Assembly (NCBI GenBank): GCA_024405635.1
Contig: JAKSOL010000011.1
Coordinates: 15,906-79,905 of the forward strand
Origin: Salinivirgaceae bacterium
GTDB lineage: Bacteria; Bacteroidota; Bacteroidia; Bacteroidales; SZUA-534
Reading direction: 5' to 3'
DNA: 64,000 bases
Shown: positions 29,001-37,840 of the stretch, one piece after another
Numbering within the stretch: position 1 is the stretch's first letter
How the letters are laid out: every line of letters begins with the position of its first letter
The notes under the pieces: generated by a model
Told to the model about the DNA's origin: nothing
Database searches by the model: none
Seen by the model: the letters and a program-made list of their open reading frames with translations, nothing else
Position numbers and translations under genes: made by a program

Positions 29001-29221
29001 ACACTAATGCGGTCCCAAAAACTGCCATCGTATTTGAAAATGGCATTGGCTGTGCCAAAAAACATAATGCCTTGCGCATTTTGGGCAATGGCATAGTTCT
29101 CAGCATCATAGTTTTGTCCATAATTTTTTGGACCATAATTTACTGGTGAGTAATTTCTTATTTGCGCGTTGGCCACAATTGGTACTACCAACAATATAAG
29201 CAGAATGGCTCTTTTAATCAT
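26069..29221 (-). CDS. Membrane sensor phosphatase: regulator beta-propeller + Y_Y_Y + TM + SpoIIE/PP2C
   Basis: Signal peptide ending ANA-Q; propeller repeats (IWITTNKG, LFVGTSNG); YSYYLSG...GKYIFQVRARN; PPWYRT + TM helix; VSGDFY, ADCTGHGVPGA, FSDGYCDQFGG, DDILVIG; start ATG 29221. Confidence 0.92.
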   Translation of the reverse strand: MIKRAILLILLVVPIVANAQIRNYSPVNYGPKNYGQNYDAENYAIAQNAQGIMFFGTANAIFKYDGSFWDRISVKPGVWVKSILTNPTCDTIFVGGSNEFGMLLLHENGESFDYYSLSDSIRNYISPFSEIWKIYRIDGRVYFQSYNYIFAYDGEKITIIEPSTTFHNSFCVNNKLYVRQREVGLAVLNADTVSVVPNGDVFANVGIFGMLSIDGDSILIVSYEDGSWILHDNKITPNTSKLDKTIKNEDFKVTSCILINDTTLALGSYDNGVMIVNTDGTIVSHKNINNGLIDNCINNIFCDREQNIWITTNKGITLLPTNDVISVFSSESGINGSVNAVIDYKGQLFVGTSNGLLVQKRNLRNYTEALFEEVGNLKNTVWCLARTSESLFVGTADGLFVMSAYGKFEKLSSADVHCISVSADGMCLFAGGSQGLIICENIDNKWIPIIGEAEGFSVTDIENQVDSIGIYTIWLGSSTQGIAQVNYDGFDASVEYYGETNGLKPGPSKPIKLYGQVMFLNNGIICKTGNERVTTSIDDTLHTYELFYFTPADELNMMGNLFMVKSDDNTAWISQGTNIAYYSKGDSTLNDKKFRGLDVGKINAIYATNNRYIWLGTVGGLVMCDNYSPIDYVSYYVVNREIITDAPNVFIRTPNKKISYKYNSLSFNFSAPWFRCPGALEYSYYLSGLMTNWSNWLGSNSVSFNNLREGKYIFQVRARNVFGIESSIAEYSFTIRPPWYRTIVAYVIYLLLVMLMIYGGVKYYTYQLKARNRLLDMEVKRQTKQISEQLDTIKEQNMELTDSINYAARIQRLSLPNTECMKNYVSDSFILFKPRDIVSGDFYWCAELGKKLIITAADCTGHGVPGAMMSMLGMNSLNSIVKVEHNDEPGIILDELRESIIRSFSDKGDNAAKDGMDLCLLAIDREKMEVQFAGAHNPLFLIRNGELIEYKVDKMPCAFGDIVQNQKHFANNTISVQEGDCLYFFSDGYCDQFGGQNGTEKFKKNRFRQSLLQIWNLPMERQRQILDNIHIEFKADYEQVDDILVIGLRI

Positions 29222-29301
29222 CTTTATTATTTCATACTTGATTATACAAATATGCAAAAAAGAGAATGATAAAGACTAAGAACATATTACGTCGTACAAA
29301 C

Positions 29302-29342
29302 GGCTTTGAAGTAACTGACAAATTCAACATTAAGATTAGCAA
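29302..29342 (+). repeat. Right copy of the 41-bp direct repeat (displaced ileS fragment)
   Basis: GGCTTTGAAGTAACTGACAAATTCAACATTAAGATTAGCAA; reads GFEVTDKFNIKISK versus IleS GLEVTDKINIKISK. Confidence 0.85.
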
Positions 29343-29463
29343 GCTCTTTATAACACCTAAATCGGTGAAAGAAGATATATTCTTTTACCGATTTTTTGTT
29401 TGTTTCGATATGCGAATGGCTATATATGTTTTACATATTTATATTATTCGCATAGTTTGACGC

Positions 29464-29496
29464 AAAAAAACCGACTGCTTTTAGGCAATCGGTTTT
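29464..29496 (-). terminator. Orphan terminator-like hairpin
   Basis: AAAAAAACCGA-C-TGC...GCA-A-TCGGTTTT; the longer U-tract is on the minus strand; no intact gene ends here. Confidence 0.5.
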
Positions 29497-29796
29497 ATGA
29501 GTTTTTATGCAAGATCTAGTTAAGAATACTTTCTACTTTTCTTTGCCATTCTCGTCAATATAAACTCTTGTTGTTTTTAGCCGCATCAAACTTACTTTTA
29601 CCAGTAAAACTTGCTCTTTTCTATTTCACAACCTACATTTGTTGTATTTAGGATAAAACTCGTTTCTAAATATTGTCTGTTGCTTGCAATTCATCAATTA
29701 TCAACTTGGTAGAAACATTGATAATCTAAAATCTCATGCTATCGAATAATAGACAATAGGCAAAATAGATAATGTTTTCACGTAACAAAACTTTGT

Positions 29797-29804
29797 TACC
29801 TTTG
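29797..29804 (+). promoter_or_regulatory. -7 promoter box of the metK leader
   Basis: TACCTTTG matches TAnnTTTG, 9 nt before the riboswitch. Confidence 0.6.
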
Positions 29805-29812
29805 CGCTACAA

Positions 29813-29860
29813 TTGTGGAAAGATTTGAGATGATTGCAACCACAGAAAAAAATGCTAAAG
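29813..29860 (+). promoter_or_regulatory. SAM-II-type riboswitch
   Basis: P1 TGTGG/CCACA enclosing GATTT and TTGCAA, followed by an A-rich loop and GCTAAA (SAM-II H-type pseudoknot signatures), in the 5' UTR of metK. Confidence 0.75.
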
Positions 29861-29917
29861 CACATTCTTTTCCTTTTATCTCGACTTTCCCTTTAACTTA
29901 TTAAATTTTAATTAGTT

Positions 29918-31174
29918 ATGGGATACTTATTTACTTCTGAATCGGTGTCGGAAGGACACCCAGACAAAGTTGCCGATCAAATTTCGGACGCCATTGTTGA
30001 CCAATTTTTGGCCTACGATGCAAAATCAAAAGTAGCTTGCGAAACACTTGTAACCACAGGACAAGTGGTTGTAGCTGGCGAGGTTAAATCTGATGCCTAC
30101 GTTGACGTGCAAGAAGTGGCACGCGAAGTGATTAACGCCATTGGCTACACCAAAGCCGAGTATCGTTTCGATGGCGAATCGTGCGGTGTGCTATCGGCTA
30201 TACACGAGCAGTCGGCCGACATTAACCAAGGCGTTGAGCGCGAAAAACATGAAGACCAAGGCGCTGGCGACCAAGGTATTATGTTTGGTTATGCTAGCAA
30301 CGAAACCGACAACTACATGCCTCTATCGCTCGACCTTGCACACCAATTGCTTATTGAACTTGCTGCTATTCGCCGCGAGGGTAAAGTAATGACCTACCTT
30401 CGTCCCGATGCAAAAAGCCAAGTTACTATTGAATATGGCGACGATAACAAACCTCAACGCATTCACACCATTGTTATTTCAACCCAACACGACGAGTTTG
30501 ACGAAGAGGTTGCAATGCAAAACAAGATTAAACAAGATGTGATTGATATTCTTATTCCACGCACATTTGCCAAAATGCCACAACGTGTTCAGGCTTTACT
30601 CAATATGAACAACCTAACACTACACGTTAACCCAACTGGCAAGTTTGTAATTGGTGGACCTCATGGCGACACCGGTTTAACTGGTCGCAAAATTATTGTT
30701 GACACCTACGGCGGCAAAGGCGCACACGGCGGTGGCGCATTCTCAGGCAAAGACCCATCGAAAGTTGACCGCTCAGCTGCTTACGCTGCTCGCCACATTG
30801 CCAAAAACATGGTTGCTGCTGGCGTTGCCGACGAAATGCTTGTTCAACTAGCCTACGCTATTGGCGTTGCTCAACCTGTTAGCGTGTTTGTAAACACATT
30901 TGGCACTGCCAAAGTGAAAGCAACCGATGGCGAGATTGCCGAAAAAATAAACCAATTGTTCGACCTTCGTCCAGCCGCCATTGAAGACCGCTTGAAACTT
31001 CGCAAACCTATTTACCGCGAAACAGCTGCCTATGGCCACATGGGTCGCCAACCTAAAACTATTACCAAAGTGTTTAATAGCCCTTATCTTGGTAAAAAAG
31101 AGATTGAAGTTGAGCTATTTACTTGGGAAAAAGTTGATTACGTTGAAAAGATAAAAGCCACATTCGGGTTATAA
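29918..31174 (+). CDS. metK: S-adenosylmethionine synthetase
   Basis: [35 protein letters not shown]. Confidence 0.98.
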   Translation: MGYLFTSESVSEGHPDKVADQISDAIVDQFLAYDAKSKVACETLVTTGQVVVAGEVKSDAYVDVQEVAREVINAIGYTKAEYRFDGESCGVLSAIHEQSADINQGVEREKHEDQGAGDQGIMFGYASNETDNYMPLSLDLAHQLLIELAAIRREGKVMTYLRPDAKSQVTIEYGDDNKPQRIHTIVISTQHDEFDEEVAMQNKIKQDVIDILIPRTFAKMPQRVQALLNMNNLTLHVNPTGKFVIGGPHGDTGLTGRKIIVDTYGGKGAHGGGAFSGKDPSKVDRSAAYAARHIAKNMVAAGVADEMLVQLAYAIGVAQPVSVFVNTFGTAKVKATDGEIAEKINQLFDLRPAAIEDRLKLRKPIYRETAAYGHMGRQPKTITKVFNSPYLGKKEIEVELFTWEKVDYVEKIKATFGL

Positions 31175-31196
31175 CCTACTTAAAGCTGAACAATAC

Positions 31197-31228
31197 AAAA
31201 GCTCGTGGCTGCGGCTGCGGGCTTTTTT
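31197..31228 (+). terminator. Intrinsic terminator after metK
   Basis: AAAAGCTCGTGGC-TGCG-GCTGCGGGCTTTTTT. Confidence 0.75.
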
Positions 31229-31354
31229 GTTTTTAACAGGCATTGGCAAATTGTTGCACTACTCACGCTGGCATTTTTTACAAAATAGCTGCTAATTAGG
31301 CCATAACTTCCTATTGCTTAAAAATATATCTTTGCGCTTTAATTTTTTAAGAGC

Positions 31355-33421
31355 ATGAAAGACTACAAAAGATACACCATTACATCGGCTCTACCCTACG
31401 CCAACGGACCTGTACACATTGGCCACTTGGCAGGTGTTTATGTTCCAGCCGACATATATGTGCGCTACTTACGCGCCAAAGGCAAAGACGTGGTTTTTAT
31501 TGGCGGTAGCGATGAACACGGAGTACCAGTAACCATCCGCGCACGCAAAGAGGGAATAACCACACAAGAGGTTGTTGACCGCTATCACAAACTAATCAAA
31601 GAATCGTTTGAGGAGTTTGGTATCTCGTTTGACATTTACTCGCGCACCACAAGCAATATTCACCACAAATTTGCATCAGACTTCTTCCGCACCCTTTACG
31701 ACAAAAACCAGCTTGAAGAACATACTGAAGAACAATTCTGCGACGAAGTTACCGGCGAATTCCTAACCGACCGCAACATTGTAGGAACATGCCCACGATG
31801 CGGAGCCGAAGGCGCTTATGGCGACCAATGCGAAAAATGTGGCGCTACTCTTTCGCCCGACGAACTAATCAATCCAACTAACAAAAATAATCCTGGTCAC
31901 GGACTAGTTAAACGCCCTACCAAAAACTGGTATCTACCACTTGGAAACTACCAGCAATGGTTAAAAGAATGGATTATTGACGGCCACAAAGAATGGAAAA
32001 CCAACGTGTATGGTCAATGCAAAAGTTGGCTCGACATGGACCTTCAGCCCCGTGCCATGACCCGCGACCTTGAGTGGGGCATTCCTGTGCCAGTTGAAGG
32101 TGCCGATGGCAAAGTACTTTACGTTTGGTTTGATGCTCCTATTGGCTACATATCGAACACTAAAGAACTTTGCGACCGCGAACCTGAAAAATGGGGCTCG
32201 TGGCAACAATGGTGGCAAGACGACGACACTCGCCTTATCCACTTTATTGGCAAAGACAACATTGTGTTCCACTGCATAATATTTCCAACCATGCTAAAGG
32301 CACATGGAGGTTACATTTTGCCTGAAAACGTGCCTGCAAACGAGTTCCTAAACCTTGAAGGCGACAAAATTTCGACCTCAAGAAACTGGGCTGTTTGGCT
32401 AAACGAGTACTTGGTCGATTTTCCTGGCAAACAAGACGTGCTTCGCTACGTGCTTACTGCCAATGCTCCAGAAACCAAAGACAACGACTTTACTTGGAAA
32501 GACTTTCAAGCCCGCAACAACAACGAGTTGGTAGCCATTTTGGGAAACTTTGTAAACCGCACAATAGTGCTTACACAAAAATACTATGGCGGCAAAACTC
32601 CATCCATTACCGCAATTACCGACTACGACAAAGAAATACTTGCCGAACTAGCTGCAAGTAAAGAACGCGTAGAACAAGCCCTTGAGCAGTTCCGTTTCCG
32701 CGAGGCTCTAAAACTTGTTATGGACATTGCACGTCTTGGCAACAAATACCTAGCCGAAACCGAACCTTGGAAAGTTGTAAAAACAGATGCCGAAAGAGTG
32801 CAAACCATAATGAACATCAGCTTGCAAATTGTGGCCAACCTTTCAATTGTTTGCGATCCATTTATGCCATTCAGCGCTGAAAAAATGTGCAAACTACTAA
32901 ACATTGAAAAACTAAACTGGGAGCAACTTGGTTCCGATAAGTTGATAGCCGACGGCCACCAAATAGGCGAACCTTTCCTTCTGTTTGAAAAAATTGAAGA
33001 CGAGTCCATTGACGCCCAAATAAAACGACTTGAAGATATAAAGAAGGCAACTGAAGAGTCTAAACTAGCCGAAGCACCTGTAGCTCCGCTTAAACCTGAA
33101 ATAACTTACGACGACTTTAGCAAGATGGACCTTCGCACCGCAACAATTCTTGAGGCCGAACGCGTTCCTAAATCCGACAAGTTGATGAAACTTCTTGTTG
33201 ATACAGGTATCGACAAACGCACCGTTGTTTCGGGCATAGCCAAACACTTTACTGCCGAAGAACTAATTGGCAAACGTGTCACCATATTGGCCAACCTTGC
33301 CCCACGCAAACTAATGGGCATCGAAAGCCACGGAATGATTCTAATGGCCGAAAACTACAATGGCGATTTGGCAATGATACCTGCCGAAAAAGACGTGAAA
33401 AATGGTTCAGTAATTTGCTAA
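31355..33421 (+). CDS. metG: Methionine--tRNA ligase
   Basis: [12 protein letters not shown], Zn knuckle [24 protein letters not shown]-terminal tRNA-binding OB domain; TATCTTTG box at 31327-31334. Confidence 0.98.
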   Translation: MKDYKRYTITSALPYANGPVHIGHLAGVYVPADIYVRYLRAKGKDVVFIGGSDEHGVPVTIRARKEGITTQEVVDRYHKLIKESFEEFGISFDIYSRTTSNIHHKFASDFFRTLYDKNQLEEHTEEQFCDEVTGEFLTDRNIVGTCPRCGAEGAYGDQCEKCGATLSPDELINPTNKNNPGHGLVKRPTKNWYLPLGNYQQWLKEWIIDGHKEWKTNVYGQCKSWLDMDLQPRAMTRDLEWGIPVPVEGADGKVLYVWFDAPIGYISNTKELCDREPEKWGSWQQWWQDDDTRLIHFIGKDNIVFHCIIFPTMLKAHGGYILPENVPANEFLNLEGDKISTSRNWAVWLNEYLVDFPGKQDVLRYVLTANAPETKDNDFTWKDFQARNNNELVAILGNFVNRTIVLTQKYYGGKTPSITAITDYDKEILAELAASKERVEQALEQFRFREALKLVMDIARLGNKYLAETEPWKVVKTDAERVQTIMNISLQIVANLSIVCDPFMPFSAEKMCKLLNIEKLNWEQLGSDKLIADGHQIGEPFLLFEKIEDESIDAQIKRLEDIKKATEESKLAEAPVAPLKPEITYDDFSKMDLRTATILEAERVPKSDKLMKLLVDTGIDKRTVVSGIAKHFTAEELIGKRVTILANLAPRKLMGIESHGMILMAENYNGDLAMIPAEKDVKNGSVIC

Positions 33422-33431
33422 CACACTGATT

Positions 33432-34913
33432 ATGCAACAATTATACATATACAACACATTGTCGCGCACCAAGCAACCATTCAAATCGATAACTCCCGAT
33501 AGAGTTGGAATGTATGTGTGCGGACCAACCGTTTACGGCGATGCCCACCTTGGACACGCCCGCCCAGCCATCACTTTCGACATTCTGTATCGTTACTTGT
33601 TACATCTTGGCTACAAAGTGCGCTATGTGCGCAACATAACCGACGTTGGCCACCTTGAGCACGATGCCGACGAAGGTGAAGACAAGATTGCAAAAAAAGC
33701 TCGCCTTGAACAATTGGAGCCAATGGAAGTGGTGCAACACTACACATTGCGCTACCACGAGGCCATGAAAAAACTTAACGTGCTGCCTCCAACCATCGAG
33801 CCACGCGCATCGGGCCACATTATTGAGCAAATTGAATTTGTAAAGAAAATTCTCAACAACGGTTTTGCATACGTAAGCAACGGGTCGGTTTATTTCGACA
33901 TTGAGGCCTACAGCAAAAAATTCAACTACGGCAAACTATCGGGACGCAACGTTGAGGAGATGCTTTCGACCACACGCGACCTTGACGGACAAGAGGAAAA
34001 ACGTAACACTTGCGACTTTGCCCTTTGGAAAAAGGCTCAACCTGAACACATTATGCGTTGGCCATCGCCTTGGAGCGACGGTTTCCCAGGCTGGCACATG
34101 GAATGTTCGGCCATGAGTTGCAAATACCTTGGCGAAGAATTTGACATTCATGGTGGCGGCATGGACCTTGTGTTCCCTCACCACGAGAGCGAAATAGCAC
34201 AATCGGCAGCTGCACTTGGCCACGATTCGGTGCGCTACTGGATGCACAACAACATGATTACCATCAACGGACAGAAGATGGGCAAATCGTTAGGCAACTT
34301 TATCACACTCGACGAGTTTTTTAACGGCTCGCACAAGGACAAAGACGGCAACGAGATGCTTGCTCAAGCCTACTCGCCAATGACCATTCGCTTCTTCATC
34401 CTTCAGGCCCACTACCGTTCAACAGTCGATTTTGGCAACGATGCACTACAAGCATCTGAAAAAGGTCTTGCAAAGATTATTGATGCCTTCAACCGATTGA
34501 TGAAACTTCAAGCAGGCAAAGAAACAACTGTTGACGTGGCAGGCTTGCGCCAACGCTGCGAGGACGCCATGTGCGACGACTTGAATACTCCAATTGTGAT
34601 TTCGCACTTGTTTGATGCTGCCAAAGCCATAAACACCGTTTCAGACGGCAAAGGCACCATTAACGAGGCTGACCTAAACGAGTTGAAGGACGTGTTTAAG
34701 ACTTTCGTTATTGATGTTTTAGGATTGCAAGTAGAGGAATCGGGCAACAGCAGCAACGAAGCCTACAAACAAGCCATAGATTTGCTACTTTCGATTCGCC
34801 AACAAGCCAAAGCCAACAAAGATTGGGCTACAAGCGATAAAATACGCAACGAACTTTCATCGCTTGGATTCACCATAAAAGACACAAAAGACGGATTTGA
34901 GTGGAGTTTATAG
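33432..34913 (+). CDS. cysS: Cysteine--tRNA ligase
   Basis: [38 protein letters not shown]. Confidence 0.98.
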   Translation: MQQLYIYNTLSRTKQPFKSITPDRVGMYVCGPTVYGDAHLGHARPAITFDILYRYLLHLGYKVRYVRNITDVGHLEHDADEGEDKIAKKARLEQLEPMEVVQHYTLRYHEAMKKLNVLPPTIEPRASGHIIEQIEFVKKILNNGFAYVSNGSVYFDIEAYSKKFNYGKLSGRNVEEMLSTTRDLDGQEEKRNTCDFALWKKAQPEHIMRWPSPWSDGFPGWHMECSAMSCKYLGEEFDIHGGGMDLVFPHHESEIAQSAAALGHDSVRYWMHNNMITINGQKMGKSLGNFITLDEFFNGSHKDKDGNEMLAQAYSPMTIRFFILQAHYRSTVDFGNDALQASEKGLAKIIDAFNRLMKLQAGKETTVDVAGLRQRCEDAMCDDLNTPIVISHLFDAAKAINTVSDGKGTINEADLNELKDVFKTFVIDVLGLQVEESGNSSNEAYKQAIDLLLSIRQQAKANKDWATSDKIRNELSSLGFTIKDTKDGFEWSL

Positions 34914-34921
34914 GACTGCGT

Positions 34922-34956
34922 CAATTGACAATTGACAATTGACAATTGACAATTGA
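34922..34956. repeat. Heptamer tandem repeat (CAATTGA)x5
   Basis: Five perfect copies between the cysS stop and its terminator. Confidence 0.9.
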
Positions 34957-34961
34957 TAATG

Positions 34962-34995
34962 AAATGCTGAAAACCCAAGGTTTTCAGCATTTTTT
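34962..34995 (+). terminator. Intrinsic terminator after cysS
   Basis: AAATGCTGAAAACC-CAA-GGTTTTCAGCATTT followed by further T. Confidence 0.85.
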
Positions 34996-35030
34996 GTATA
35001 GCATTGTTTAATAGGCGATTATGGGGTTTT

Positions 35031-35084
35031 TGCACTATAAAAGTGCATTTTTGGCGTTTTTTTGCACTTTCGAGGTGCAATTTG
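35031..35084. repeat. Double palindrome TGCAC-N7-GTGCA x2 (copy A, orphan)
   Basis: Sites at 35031-35047 and 35063-35079; the second site plus flank matches 37614-37635 at 21/22 nt. Confidence 0.75.
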
Positions 35085-35121
35085 ACACACTTTAATTAAT
35101 GTTGCTTAACCAAAGACTTTG

Positions 35122-36210
35122 TTACTTCTCCAAAGCTTTTGATACTATTTTATCGATATCAGAAGGTTGGAAAGAGCGGTCAAGGACTACGCCATCCTTA
35201 TCAAAGAGAATAAGCTCTGGTATACCATAGATACCATAGATATCAGTAGGGATTTTGTCGGCATCGATAATTAGGCTCCATGTCATTCCTTCCTCTTCGA
35301 TAGCCTTAATGCTTCTATCGTGTTTATCCCATACGGCAATACCGAGGACATTAAAATTATCGCCTCCGAACTTCTCATAAGCAGCCTTGATATAAGGCAT
35401 AGCGCGACGGCAAGGACCGCACCAGCTTGCCCAAAAATCGACAAGAACTACCTTGCCATTACCGATATAGTCGGAGAATTTAGCAGGTGTACCATCAAGA
35501 TTACCCTTTTCGATAGAAAAATCGATGAACTTAGTGCCAGGCTTAGTATTCTCGAAATTCTCCTTCTGCTCTGTACCCGTCTTAATTGGACCATAAGAAG
35601 CGACATAGTCGCCAGCATTGTCGAGAGCAGCCATGTATGTGTTGAAGTCAAGTTTTTCAGCAGACTGTATATAGCTATCCCAGAATACGAATTGACCGAA
35701 AGCATTATTCTTGTTTAGGTTTATAAGGCTATCAGCGTGAGCCATTAGTGTTTGGTTGTAATCGTTCAAAAGCGCTTCTATAGCTGCATTTTTGCTATCT
35801 TCATCCTTGGTAGAGTCAGTCAATATAGCCTCGTATTGTTGGCCCGCAGACTTTGTGAGTTCGCTAGAAAAGCTGATAAACTTGCCGAGGTTATTATTAA
35901 GAGGAGTACCCTCGCCACAAGCAGTTTCAAAATTGACATTGATATCGCCGGGCTCAACGATGATATTAGCGTATGTACGAGCGTTAGGAACCTTCACGCG
36001 GCGGATTTGAGAGCCATCGATAGTGCCAAATATAGTAGCCTTAGCATTGAGAACAACAGCAGAGTCGGTATTTGACTCTGTCTCATAATCGTACAGATAA
36101 ACTACAGTACTATCTGCCACGTCAGGGAGATCCATTATAACAGCGTACTTATTGTTTTGGCATGATGCCAGAGAGATAGCAGCGAGAAATAAAAATATTT
36201 TTGTTTTCAT
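35122..36210 (-). CDS. TlpA-family thiol:disulfide oxidoreductase lipoprotein (DUF4369 + redoxin)
   Basis: Lipobox LASC; LVDFWASWCGPCR; YGIYGIPELILFD. Confidence 0.9.
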   Translation of the reverse strand: MKTKIFLFLAAISLASCQNNKYAVIMDLPDVADSTVVYLYDYETESNTDSAVVLNAKATIFGTIDGSQIRRVKVPNARTYANIIVEPGDINVNFETACGEGTPLNNNLGKFISFSSELTKSAGQQYEAILTDSTKDEDSKNAAIEALLNDYNQTLMAHADSLINLNKNNAFGQFVFWDSYIQSAEKLDFNTYMAALDNAGDYVASYGPIKTGTEQKENFENTKPGTKFIDFSIEKGNLDGTPAKFSDYIGNGKVVLVDFWASWCGPCRRAMPYIKAAYEKFGGDNFNVLGIAVWDKHDRSIKAIEEEGMTWSLIIDADKIPTDIYGIYGIPELILFDKDGVVLDRSFQPSDIDKIVSKALEK

Positions 36211-36373
36211 ACTATAGTTAGTGTATTTGCGTTATTAACGCAGCAAAGATGTTGTTGTACATTTGTATGTCACCCACAAAGATGATGCTTATTTGACTAT
36301 TAACCAATATTAGTTCTTGTATTCACTATATGAATATATTTTTCTTTCTTTAAGAACCATTGTAACAAACACG

Positions 36374-37549
36374 TCAATAATTCAAGCCAAACATCCATAT
36401 AGGCACAATATTTCCAGACCCATATTCAATATCATCTTTCACAACAAAAGCCTTATCAATATTAGCAATCTGCTTTTGCTTTTTGCTTTTTCCTCCAACC
36501 TCAAAAGTCAAACCATTTATCTCAAAATCAGAAACCTTTGAGCTTACTACTACATTATTCACTCTCATTTGGTTTAGGAAAAATGTTTCGCGTATGTTTC
36601 CAATGTTTGAAGCTTCCTCACCTAACAAATAAGCAATGTTCGGATTATCCAAATAAACCTTCTCAACCTTTCCCAAACCCATTATGCCATTTGTAGCATC
36701 GCGCAATTGAGCTATCATTCCCGCATCTTCCATATAAAGTAAATAATCAGCCAAATCGTTACGACTAACATTTATCATTTTTGAAATTTTATCCATAACA
36801 GGCTTAAAAGGAACACTCATGGCAATAATGCCTAATAGCTTTTTGAGTTTTCGTCCCGTTGAAGCATTCATGTTAGCATATTGGGGAATGTCAGTTTCCA
36901 TTGTAAGATTGATTACCTGATTTAACTTCACCTCAAACAAACTTTCGGCAGCAATGGGATAATAACCACGCTGTAAATAATTCTTGAAAGCAGAAATAGG
37001 ATGAGGCATGTTGTCAATTGAAAATGGTTCGCCACTAATTATTTGTTCAATAGGCAAAACCTGAGTATTAACATGATGAAACATAGCAAGATACTCACGA
37101 AACGACAATCCCTGCATTCTATAAATTGGAGACCTTCGGCTAAGGTCAGACTCTCCTTTTGTAATATCTAGCACCGATGAACCAGTAAATGCCACCTTCA
37201 TATCGGGATGTGTATCGTAGATTTGTTTCAGTTCCTTCGACCAATTTGGATATTTATGAACCTCATCTATAAACAAATGTTCACCACCCTCAATTGAAAA
37301 CTGATCGGCAAGTTCAACCAACGTATGGTTTGAAAAATAAGTATTGTCGGCCGACACATAAAACATTCGTTCTTCGGTTTGATGCGCCTTTATATACTGC
37401 AAAAAAAGCATAGTCTTTCCCACGCCTCTAGGACCTACAAGACCAAACATTCGTTGCTGCCAATCTATCTTCTCGTACATATATCGATAAAAATCAGTAG
37501 GCGTGCTTTGCAACTGATTTTGCATATAAACAACTAAATTGATATCCAT
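36374..37549 (-). CDS. AAA_14/DUF4143-type ATPase
   Basis: Walker A GPRGVGKT, Walker B LFIDEVHKY, FTGSS, GLSFREYL, KVYLDNPN, C-terminal DF...FEVGGK; -7 box TACTTTTG on the minus strand at 37567-37574. Confidence 0.88.
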   Translation of the reverse strand: MDINLVVYMQNQLQSTPTDFYRYMYEKIDWQQRMFGLVGPRGVGKTMLFLQYIKAHQTEERMFYVSADNTYFSNHTLVELADQFSIEGGEHLFIDEVHKYPNWSKELKQIYDTHPDMKVAFTGSSVLDITKGESDLSRRSPIYRMQGLSFREYLAMFHHVNTQVLPIEQIISGEPFSIDNMPHPISAFKNYLQRGYYPIAAESLFEVKLNQVINLTMETDIPQYANMNASTGRKLKKLLGIIAMSVPFKPVMDKISKMINVSRNDLADYLLYMEDAGMIAQLRDATNGIMGLGKVEKVYLDNPNIAYLLGEEASNIGNIRETFFLNQMRVNNVVVSSKVSDFEINGLTFEVGGKSKKQKQIANIDKAFVVKDDIEYGSGNIVPIWMFGLNY

Positions 37550-37580
37550 AAACAACTATTTTTTAGCAAAAGTAACATTT

Positions 37581-37635
37581 TGCACCACAAAGGTGCAATT
37601 TTTCTGTGCATTATGCACTTTCGTGGTGCAATTTG
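37581..37635. promoter_or_regulatory. Double palindrome TGCAC-N7-GTGCA x2 (copy B), candidate operator of the ATPase gene
   Basis: Sites at 37581-37597 and 37614-37630, directly upstream of the ATPase -7 box. Confidence 0.65.
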
Positions 37636-37840
37636 GTATCTGCAAATAGAAATACTTAAACACAAAACCGAATAAAATACCCAACCTTACAAATCGTCTT
37701 TTAACGTGAATATACCTTACTTTAAACCTTTGGTATGTAACACACTTAAAAGCCACAGATAAGTTACTTTTATATTCAAAACCGACAAAAAATGCCATAA
37801 ATTCGCAGTCGAAAAAAAATAGAACATAAAAACTAGAGAT

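Noticed and set aside
15296-29342. Calling the ileS-repeat-bounded block an intact mobile element
   Set aside because: No integrase, transposase, relaxase or phage gene lies inside, and the repeats have three mismatches; reported only as a candidate relic island.
29266-29460. 64-aa ORF as a real gene
   Set aside because: Its only protein-like part is the 14-residue ileS-derived repeat; the rest is low-complexity AT-rich translation.
34922-35084. Heptamer array and TGCAC palindromes as a CRISPR array
   Set aside because: Units are too short, and there are no unique spacers of constant length between 25-45 bp repeats.
35320-36075. Plus-strand ORFs of 132, 107 and 72 aa
   Set aside because: Antisense shadows of the TlpA gene with no recognisable motifs.
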